From the NCBI GenBank assembly GCA_964634215.1, contig CAZWKR010000006.1, forward strand, positions 15,607 through 79,606: a stretch of 64,000 bases of DNA. Direction: 5' to 3'. This document shows, one piece after another, positions 1 through 7,740 of this stretch. Origin of the DNA: an uncultured bacterium. Lineage in GTDB: Bacteria > Fidelibacterota > Marinisomatia > Marinisomatales > JAHJCW01. The notes beneath the pieces were generated by a model, which was not told where the DNA came from, ran no database searches, and worked only from the letters and a program-made list of their open reading frames with translations. Position numbers and translations under genes: made by a program. Numbering within the stretch: position 1 is the first letter of the stretch; each line of letters starts with the position of its first letter.

Positions 1-43
1 ACAATCAATCATAAATGTTTATGAGTCCTTACGAGAACGAACT

Positions 44-2287
44 ATGTTAGAAATATCAATTTTAATATCGTTAGCTAGTGTAATAATGATATTTACAGTA
101 TACAAAACCCAACAACTCATAAACCTACGTTTGAGTGACAAGTATCAAAAGGCTTGGGTCGTTTTAAAATATTTCATTACAGCATTTTTAATTGGATATG
201 TCTTTGTTCTGATTTTTACTTTTTTAGGTAATTCAAAAATAGCACAATTGCTCATGGGTTTAATATTTTTCCTTGGGGCATTATTCGTGTATCTAACTGT
301 GCGAACAGGATTTAATACTCTCCAGGATCTGAATAAGACGACAGTTTCAAAGAAATATTTGGATAAAATAGTTGATTCAATGGCAGATACGGTAATAGTG
401 CTAGAACTTGGTCCTGATATGCGCATAAGCAAAGTCAATCAGACCATTTTGAATTTACTTGGATATGAAGAGGCTGAACTTGTCAATAATCCTGTAAAAA
501 AAATATTTGGATCGGATGATAAATTCATAAAATATTTGGATAAAATTGGTGATGATTATTGGTTGACAAACAAGGAGGTAAACTATTTAACTAAAGAAGG
601 AAATAAAATTCCAATGTTACTAAGTATCTCATATATAAAAGATACCAGTAATATAACACATGAATTAGTACTAGTGGCTCATGATATCACTGAACAGAAA
701 ACGGCAGAAAAACTGCAATCGGTTGTTTATCAGATATCTGAAGCTGCTAATAATGTAAAAACCCTAGATACATTATATGTATCAATTCATAAGATACTAG
801 AACAAGTTCTCGATGTTACTAATTTTTACATTGCAATTTATGATGACAAGGAAAAATTATTATCCTTTCCATTTTTTCAAGATGCAGAAGATGAGGCGCC
901 TGTTGGTGACCAGCCGTTTGGTAATAGTCTTACTGAATATGTTATAAAAACAGGCAAACCACTGTTATTAAATAAAAAGGAGATAGAGAAATACAATCGT
1001 GAAGGAAAATTTGAAATATTTGGTGCAGTTTCTGATTTATGGATGGGATCACCGTTAACAATTGGAACAAAAGTGATTGGTGTAATAGCACTTAACAGTT
1101 ATCACGATCCTAATCTATACACCAAATCTGATTTAAAGATTCTAACATATGTGGCTGAACAAATTGCTCAAACCATTAAACACAAACAGTCAATTGTCGA
1201 CTTAGAGGTAGAAAAATCTTATCTTGACGAACTTTTCACAAATTCTCCTGAAGCTGTGGCTCTAGTGACAATAGATGGTTCTATCTTGCAAATAAATAGG
1301 CATTTTACAAAACTTTTCGGGTATAAAGAGAAAGAGGTTATTGGTAGAAATATTGATAAATTACTAACGACTCCGGAGAACTGGGAAAATTCTAGAAAAA
1401 TTACTAATAAAGTTGTTTTAGGAAAACGCCAGTATTTTGATGCAGTTCGAAATAATAAAGACGGTGCTATGATAAATGTTTCAGTTTTAGGTTCTCCTGT
1501 TAATTATAAGGGTGATGTATTAGCAGTATATGCCATTTATCGTGATATAACTGAACGTAGTGTCGCAGCAGATGTTTTAAAAGAATCTGAAGATCGATAC
1601 CGATCCCTTTCTGAAAAGCTAACTGAGTCTAATTCTATGAAAGAATTATTATTGGATGTCATTGCTCACGATTTAAAGAATCCGGCAGGGGTCATAAAAG
1701 GATTTGCCCAATTTGGTTTGGAAGATGACCCAAATAATGACATATTGGAAGAAATCAATAACGGTGCAGACAGTTTATTAAATGTAATAAATAATGCGAC
1801 AACTCTTTCGAGAGTTACAGTTGGTGATACAATAGAAAAGGAAGAGTTGAACCTAACAAACATTATAAATGATATTTTAAAAGAGTTTTCATCATATTTT
1901 CAATATGAAGAATTAGAGCTAGATATGAAAATTGATGAAGAACTAATGGTAATGGCAAATTCGATTATTGGTGTAATTTTCAGAAATTATATTAGTAATG
2001 CAATTAAATATGCAGAAGCAGGTAAAAAGATTATAATCGAAGCAATTGTGAAAAATCATTATGTCACTGTAAATGTTAAGGATTTTGGAAAAACAATCGA
2101 TAAAAAAGATCGTGAAAATATATTCAGACGGAATGTTAAATTAGACAAGACAAAGGGCCGCGGGTTGGGTTTAGCAATCGTTAAACGAATTGCAGATGCC
2201 CACGGCGCAGAAGTTGGTGTAAAACCGAATAACAGCAAAGGTAACATATTTTATCTTAAATTAGCATTGACTACTCCATTGAAATAA
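44..2287 (+). CDS. Membrane sensor histidine kinase (N-terminal TM helices, PAS, GAF, PAS, HisKA, HATPase_c)
   Basis: Hydrophobic N-terminus. H-box 'LLLDVIAHDLKNPAG'. G-box 'GRGLGLAIVKRIADAHGAEVGV'. PAS-like 'DITEQK'/'DITERS' linker ends. 747-aa uninterrupted ORF. Confidence 0.85.
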   Translation: MLEISILISLASVIMIFTVYKTQQLINLRLSDKYQKAWVVLKYFITAFLIGYVFVLIFTFLGNSKIAQLLMGLIFFLGALFVYLTVRTGFNTLQDLNKTTVSKKYLDKIVDSMADTVIVLELGPDMRISKVNQTILNLLGYEEAELVNNPVKKIFGSDDKFIKYLDKIGDDYWLTNKEVNYLTKEGNKIPMLLSISYIKDTSNITHELVLVAHDITEQKTAEKLQSVVYQISEAANNVKTLDTLYVSIHKILEQVLDVTNFYIAIYDDKEKLLSFPFFQDAEDEAPVGDQPFGNSLTEYVIKTGKPLLLNKKEIEKYNREGKFEIFGAVSDLWMGSPLTIGTKVIGVIALNSYHDPNLYTKSDLKILTYVAEQIAQTIKHKQSIVDLEVEKSYLDELFTNSPEAVALVTIDGSILQINRHFTKLFGYKEKEVIGRNIDKLLTTPENWENSRKITNKVVLGKRQYFDAVRNNKDGAMINVSVLGSPVNYKGDVLAVYAIYRDITERSVAADVLKESEDRYRSLSEKLTESNSMKELLLDVIAHDLKNPAGVIKGFAQFGLEDDPNNDILEEINNGADSLLNVINNATTLSRVTVGDTIEKEELNLTNIINDILKEFSSYFQYEELELDMKIDEELMVMANSIIGVIFRNYISNAIKYAEAGKKIIIEAIVKNHYVTVNVKDFGKTIDKKDRENIFRRNVKLDKTKGRGLGLAIVKRIADAHGAEVGVKPNNSKGNIFYLKLALTTPLK

Positions 2288-2305
2288 TTTTATTAAGGTG
2301 TTTGA

Positions 2306-2752
2306 ATGAAAATTCTAATTATTGATGATTTAACAAGTAATTTAGTACTAGCAAAAAAAATAATGAGTAAATACGGCAAGTGTACTACAGCAAATAGTGG
2401 TACGGTCGGATTAAGAGAGTATCAGATAGCTTTAGAATCAAATAGTCCATATGATTTGATATGCCTAGATATTTTTATGACAGGTTTGAGCGGTTTAGAG
2501 GTTCTACAGAAAATTCGTAAAATCGACACCAGTCCTAATAGAGTTAAAATTTTAATGACAACGTCTGCGAAAGAAGAAGGAATTGTTGTGAAAGCAATTA
2601 AGCTTGGTTGCGATGATTATCTTATTAAACCTTATAGTAGACAAAAGTTTGAAGAACGTATGATTAGACTAAATCTTTATAATCCGAATGTTGATGATAA
2701 GAATCGCATTGAGAATAAAGAAAAGAAAAAAACTAAAAAAAATCCCCTCTAA
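2306..2752 (+). CDS. Single-domain response regulator (CheY-like receiver, Lys-rich tail, no output domain)
   Basis: 'MKILIIDD' acidic pocket, 'DLICLDIFMTGLSG' phospho-acceptor Asp context, 'DDYLIKP'. Starts 18 nt after the kinase stop. Confidence 0.85.
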   Translation: MKILIIDDLTSNLVLAKKIMSKYGKCTTANSGTVGLREYQIALESNSPYDLICLDIFMTGLSGLEVLQKIRKIDTSPNRVKILMTTSAKEEGIVVKAIKLGCDDYLIKPYSRQKFEERMIRLNLYNPNVDDKNRIENKEKKKTKKNPL

Positions 2753-2815
2753 ATATCGAGTTTGTCGTCACAAAATTGTAGTCAGCTCCAGGTAAAATTT
2801 AACCTCCGAAACTAA
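2744..2815 (-). repeat. Decayed third copy of the 'terminator + tRNA-Phe 3' half' block (possible old att scar)
   Basis: Ungapped alignment at constant offset 4060 to 6804-6875. Exact blocks 'cccctct' and 'tttgtcgtca' sit at identical spacing. Then 'gctccaggtaaaatttaacctccgaaac' aligns to 'gctccgggcggaatcgaaccaccgacac'. By my hand count about 42/71 positions are identical. Confidence 0.4.
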
Positions 2816-2881
2816 CGGTATTTACAATTTTCCAAAAAAACAGTGGTTTCAGGAGGGGCTTTCTGTAAATGCAAGGTCGAT

Positions 2882-4456
2882 TTATTTTAATAGGACCATA
2901 CTATTGGTTTGAGACTGATCGCCTGCGAAAAGTTTATAAATATAAATACCTCCTCCGACTAACTGACCATTGTTATTAATTCCATCCCATTTTATTGTAT
3001 ATTGTCCACTAACATGATGTTTATTTACAAGAGTGGTCACTTCTTCACCGATTATATCATAAACTTTAATAGTTACATCAGTATCCGTTAGTATTTCATA
3101 TGTAATAGATGTACTAGGGTTGAATGGATTTGGATAGTTTTGATTTAAAACTAAATATTCTATGAGAATTTTATTGTTGCCATAAATTTCAACAGTTGCA
3201 CCTATATCACGGACGAGACGCACAAAATTATAGATACGTATCACATCGCCCTGCGGTCCATGACCATACGGATAATCATTAGGGTCGCCAGTTTTTGGAT
3301 CGCTGCGTTGACAGCCTGAACCGTGAACATCTAGAAGGTTGTAATTGCCCGAGTTGGGTGGACTTTCCATCCAACCTAATCCTTCACCAAAAGCCATATA
3401 AGCTGCATTTCCACCATTATTGATATTGGCGTGCGTCGTACTGCTCCAATAAAAAGGATAATTATCATTACCTCCTTCATCTGTTATGATTGTGCAATCA
3501 AATAGTGGATCAATCGATGCTGAATTTGTGATAGCGGGTGCACGTGTATAGTCAACAATACTTTGTAGTTCTTTAACATTTGGTAAGCGCCAATCACTAT
3601 AACCTAAATAATTCTCATTGTTTTTTTCCTGTGCATAAGTGAGTGCATCTTGCCATGTTACACCTGAGCTATTATCTGTTTGAGTCCACATTAGTCTTGT
3701 GGCAATATCTGATATCGTACCATCTCCGTTATCAGTAAAATTATTAATTCCATAGTTTGTATTGTCTCGAACATATAGAACATAATATTCCTTATCTTCT
3801 GATTGTCCGGGCAGAGGTCCCGTTCCATATCCTTTTATTCGTCCATCAGCGAAGTTGACACCAAACATTGTCTCGTCACCAAACATGGTTGTGCTTACAT
3901 ATAAAGTTGAAGTAGCGAACTGTGCATCGATTAGACGTTCTCCTGCATCTGTATCACCAAAACCAAAATCAATATAATCTGTATCTAAAAATGGAATTAG
4001 ATTATCGGTTGAGTTGCCATTGTACGAACTGGGATCTTTGCCCGTAAATAGAATTAATGAATATTGCTCTTTGATATTTGGTAAACGCCAGTCATTATAA
4101 CCTGCAAGATTAAATGATACTGCGCCAGCGAGTGCATTTGTATAGGAAAGCTTGTCATCTGCGTTGATTTCACCATCTCCATTCATGTCCGGAGTTTTTG
4201 ACCACATAAGACCTGTTACATTATCAGTAATCGTGCCATCGTCATTATTTGTATAAGATGGTTGATACCCATCATGTTGAGCATCTTGTCCATAATATTC
4301 ATCACCAATACCGGGAGCATTAATCTCACTCAGATTGTTATAATAAATAGTTTGACCAGAATCTACTATTTTGTAGGACTGACTATAAATTGAGTTTAAT
4401 AAAAAGGTTATTACTAGTATTACATTTTTCATTTCTCTATAATTTTTATTGGACAT
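2882..4456 (-). CDS. Secreted DUF1566 (Lcl C-terminal-like) repeat protein with T9SS C-terminal sorting domain
   Basis: Signal peptide. Repeated 'DWRLPNIKE'/'DWRLPNVKEL' DUF1566 motif. C-terminus 'YPNPFNPSTSITYEI...GIYIYKL' typical of Por_Secre_tail. Confidence 0.75.
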   Translation of the reverse strand: MSNKNYREMKNVILVITFLLNSIYSQSYKIVDSGQTIYYNNLSEINAPGIGDEYYGQDAQHDGYQPSYTNNDDGTITDNVTGLMWSKTPDMNGDGEINADDKLSYTNALAGAVSFNLAGYNDWRLPNIKEQYSLILFTGKDPSSYNGNSTDNLIPFLDTDYIDFGFGDTDAGERLIDAQFATSTLYVSTTMFGDETMFGVNFADGRIKGYGTGPLPGQSEDKEYYVLYVRDNTNYGINNFTDNGDGTISDIATRLMWTQTDNSSGVTWQDALTYAQEKNNENYLGYSDWRLPNVKELQSIVDYTRAPAITNSASIDPLFDCTIITDEGGNDNYPFYWSSTTHANINNGGNAAYMAFGEGLGWMESPPNSGNYNLLDVHGSGCQRSDPKTGDPNDYPYGHGPQGDVIRIYNFVRLVRDIGATVEIYGNNKILIEYLVLNQNYPNPFNPSTSITYEILTDTDVTIKVYDIIGEEVTTLVNKHHVSGQYTIKWDGINNNGQLVGGGIYIYKLFAGDQSQTNSMVLLK

Positions 4457-4654
4457 ATTGTCAAATCACAAAGTTTATTTATTAATTAGACACTGAATAT
4501 AATAAATTGTTAAAAACACCTAATGTTGATACGATTTCTGTGGGCATAGAAGGTTTATATTTGGATTTCTATTGGAAATCTGATAAAATATTATTTATAC
4601 TGTTGTACAAATCATTTGTAACTTTAAATACAATTTGGGTAAAAGGATATTTAT

Positions 4655-6781
4655 ATGAAGAATTCTCATAAGACCGAGGAAGATCCTTTACAGGAGATTA
4701 GCAAATTCAACAATAAAGTAGTCGATTCAGAAAAATCTGAAACCCTACACAAGCAGACAAAAAGAGCTTTAGAAGAAAGTGAAGAAAAATTTCGCTTAAT
4801 AGGGGAAAATACTACAGACTTTATCTCAATTGTAGGTTTAGATGGAAAGTATATTTATGTCAGTCCTTCATATAAATTGCTTGGCTATGATCCTGATAAA
4901 TTAATTGGAAGCGATGGTTTTAAATTACTTCATCCTGATGACAGGAAACGATTACGTCCACTTATCAAACAGGTTGTTTCAGGATTATTTAAAAAAGGAA
5001 CCACCAGGCGTTTCGAAATCCGTTTATTAGATAAATCGGGTAAATACCGCGACACAGAAAGTATTGTTAAACTGATTAAAGACGATATAGGGAAATTTAG
5101 AATTCTTTCGGTAGTCCGTGATATTACAGAACGGAAACAAGCAGAGCGTGTTCTTAGCAATAGTGAGGAACAATTTCGCAATATGTTTGAATCTAACCAT
5201 GCAATAATGCTATTAATTGACCCTGTTTCTGGAAAAATAATGAATGCAAATCCTGCTGCATGTAAGTACTATGGTTATTCAAATAAAAAATTTATAAATG
5301 AACTTTATATTCAGAACATAAATACTCTGTCCGACAGAGATATAAAAAATGAAATGCAAATTGCCGTCAAGGAAAAAAGAAATTATTTTGTTTTTAAACA
5401 CAAATTAGCCAATGGGATAATTAGAGATGTGGAAGTATATAGCAGCAAGACAATCTATCAGGGTAAATCATATCTTTATTCAATAATCCATGATACTACC
5501 GATCGAATTCATGCACAAAATGCGCTCATCGAAAAAGAGGCAAGAATTAAAAGCATTTTTCGTTCAGCACCGGTTGGTATTGGTGTGGTAAGCAATAGGA
5601 TTTTTTTAGAGGTCAATGATTGTCTTTGTGAAATGACTGGATATTCAAAAGACGAATTAGTTAATAAAAACAGTAGGATGTTATATGTAACAAAAAAAGA
5701 GTTTGATTATGTTGGCAAGGAAAAATATGAGCAAATAGAAAAATACGGTACAGGTACTGTTGAAACGCGTTTTAAAAGAAAAGATGGAAAATTTTTGAAT
5801 ATTATTCTGAGTTCAACTCCAATCGATATTGACAATTTAAGTAAGGGCGTTACTTTCGCTGCTTTAAATATCACTGAGCGTAAGCATGCGGAAGATAAAA
5901 TTAAATTTCTCAGTGAGATTACCCAACAAGCAAGGGACTCAATTATAACAACAGATCTCAATTTTAAGATTACTTGGGTAAATAATGCGTTTAGTAAATT
6001 ATTTGGATACAAATTTGAAGAAATAATTGGCAAACAACCGGATTTATTAAATGCTGAACCATTATCTGCCAAATACCAGAAAAAAATATATAATACCGTT
6101 ACAGCTGGAAAAGGATTTAAAGGCGAAGCGCTCAATATCAAAAAAGATGGTTCTGTTTTTCAATGTGAGCTTGAAATTTTTCCAATGTTGGATAAAAATG
6201 ACAGCATTATTGCATATTCGGGGCACCTTAGAGATATTACTGAGCGAAAACTTGCAGAAGATACACTTCGTAACAGCGAAAATCAGTATCGTCAATTTTT
6301 TAATGAAGATCTTTCAGGGGCGTTTATTTCAACGCCCGAGGGGAAATTGATAGAATGTAATCAGGCCTTTCTCGATATTTTTGGATATTCAGATAAAAAG
6401 AATGCTCTAAAGGATAGTACATATAAATTATATGATGAAGAAGACCAGCGCGATAAGAAACTTGAAATTCTTAGGGAAAAGAAAAAACTAATTAATTATG
6501 AAGAAAAGTTAAAAAATGTAAAAGGTAAGACGATATATGTAGTAACCAATATGAAGGGAGAATTTGATAGTGATGGAAAATTAATTTTTCTAAAAGGTTA
6601 TTTAATTGATATAACAAAACAGAGGATTGCAGAGAAAGAACTCAAAAGGAAAAATGATGGTCTTCAAATGAGCAATGATCTTTTTGTGGGAAGAAAATTA
6701 AAGATGATTGAATTAAAAAAAGAAATAAATGAGCTTCTTGAAGCTTTCGGTAAAAAACCTAAATATAAAATTATTGGATAA
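4655..6781 (+). CDS. Multi-PAS (about 5 PAS/PAC units) cytoplasmic sensor protein ending in a short coiled coil, with no recognisable output domain
   Basis: Repeated 'DITERK(Q/H/L)AE' PAC-end linkers at regular intervals. No H-box, HATPase, GGDEF, EAL or HTH motif seen. C-terminus 'LKMIELKKEINELLEAFGKK'. Confidence 0.75.
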   Translation: MKNSHKTEEDPLQEISKFNNKVVDSEKSETLHKQTKRALEESEEKFRLIGENTTDFISIVGLDGKYIYVSPSYKLLGYDPDKLIGSDGFKLLHPDDRKRLRPLIKQVVSGLFKKGTTRRFEIRLLDKSGKYRDTESIVKLIKDDIGKFRILSVVRDITERKQAERVLSNSEEQFRNMFESNHAIMLLIDPVSGKIMNANPAACKYYGYSNKKFINELYIQNINTLSDRDIKNEMQIAVKEKRNYFVFKHKLANGIIRDVEVYSSKTIYQGKSYLYSIIHDTTDRIHAQNALIEKEARIKSIFRSAPVGIGVVSNRIFLEVNDCLCEMTGYSKDELVNKNSRMLYVTKKEFDYVGKEKYEQIEKYGTGTVETRFKRKDGKFLNIILSSTPIDIDNLSKGVTFAALNITERKHAEDKIKFLSEITQQARDSIITTDLNFKITWVNNAFSKLFGYKFEEIIGKQPDLLNAEPLSAKYQKKIYNTVTAGKGFKGEALNIKKDGSVFQCELEIFPMLDKNDSIIAYSGHLRDITERKLAEDTLRNSENQYRQFFNEDLSGAFISTPEGKLIECNQAFLDIFGYSDKKNALKDSTYKLYDEEDQRDKKLEILREKKKLINYEEKLKNVKGKTIYVVTNMKGEFDSDGKLIFLKGYLIDITKQRIAEKELKRKNDGLQMSNDLFVGRKLKMIELKKEINELLEAFGKKPKYKIIG

Positions 6782-6800
6782 TTTATAACTTACAAATGAC

Positions 6801-6891
6801 AAACCCCTCTTTTAGAGGGATTTGTCGTCAATATATCAAGCGTGGCTCCGGGCGGAATCGAACCACCGACACAAGGCTTTTCAGGCCTCTG
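6801..6891 (-). repeat. Direct repeat, left copy: terminator region plus the 3'-terminal 49 nt of tRNA-Phe (truncated tRNA, attachment-site-like)
   Basis: 6815-6891 is identical (77/77 by hand alignment) to 14232-14308. Similarity continues leftward through 'acccctct' with a 1-nt indel in the hairpin loop. Identity stops at 'ggcctctg', inside the anticodon stem. Confidence 0.9.
6805..6819. terminator. Hairpin CCCTCT-TTT-AGAGGG; probable original terminator downstream of tRNA-Phe, convergent with the PAS gene
   Basis: Perfect 6-bp stem read directly. Lies 24 nt after the PAS ORF stop and 23 nt from the truncated tRNA 3' end. Confidence 0.5.
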
Positions 6892-7250
6892 TTTCACCGT
6901 CGTGAACCATATTTTTTCTGCCGTTTTTCCACCTGAAGGGTGCGGAAATAATACATTTTTATAGTTCCTAAAACATATCCCCAAACAAACGGACCAATAT
7001 AAGAAAGCTAGAAGAAAATGTTATTTAATTTTATCTGATTATATTTTTTTGATTGTTTCTATACTTGGGGACAATCCCTAGGACAATTAATAGTTTTTCA
7101 CACTACTAAAAACCTGTTTATATTTATGACATGTTTGTCTTAATATCAATATATAAACTATATGATATAATTGATATAAATGTATTAACATTCACTTGTC
7201 ATCAAATGATAAATGATGTTGATTAAATTCCGATTCTTGGTATTTTTTTA

Positions 7251-7640
7251 ATGAAAACAGCGATTAAACGTAACGCAAATTTTATATTTGTACTTACTGC
7301 ACTATTATTCTCAGTGCAGATTGTACTTCAATCGGGTCCTATTGCCAAAAGAGTGATTATAAACGGCGAATCTATATGTACTTGTGGATGTGGACATACT
7401 ATTGCGAAATGTGCAGAAAATCATGGTAGTAAACATAGTAAATGCAGTTGCCAACATGAGAAAGATGAAATAATCCATTATATTTTCACACAAAATATCA
7501 TCGGGGATATCATCATTAATCAGGACATTCCATACTATTTTAAAAAGACTCCGGAATTATTTTCTATTGAAGAATTATTGCAATTTGATCAATTTATCGC
7601 AAATATTTATAGCCCGCCCCCCCAAATAAACCTTGTTTAA
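7251..7640 (+). CDS. Small exported or membrane-anchored protein with a dense Cys/His cluster (putative metal-binding)
   Basis: N-terminal hydrophobic segment 'FIFVLTALLFSVQIVL'. 'CTCGCGHTIAKCAENHGSKHSKCSCQH' holds 6 Cys and 4 His in 27 residues. It is the first gene of the operon. Confidence 0.5.
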   Translation: MKTAIKRNANFIFVLTALLFSVQIVLQSGPIAKRVIINGESICTCGCGHTIAKCAENHGSKHSKCSCQHEKDEIIHYIFTQNIIGDIIINQDIPYYFKKTPELFSIEELLQFDQFIANIYSPPPQINLV

Positions 7641-7740
7641 TTTAGGCGACTGCTAGCTTCAAAGCGGAAAAATCAATCTAATTAATTCAATGTCCTGAAT
7701 AATAAAGGAATGGACATTTGTTATCATAAATGAGGTTAAC

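Noticed and set aside
6790-6984. 64-aa minus-strand ORF from the six-frame track
   Set aside because: It is translated straight through the truncated tRNA-Phe copy and terminator repeat. It has no RBS and no recognisable motif. It is an artefact of the RNA-derived sequence.
7641-7740. 7-bp inverted repeat AATGTCC...GGACATT between the mini-protein gene and the TonB receptor gene
   Set aside because: The stem is short, the loop is 16 nt and AT-rich, and there is no T-run. It is within chance expectation for this composition.
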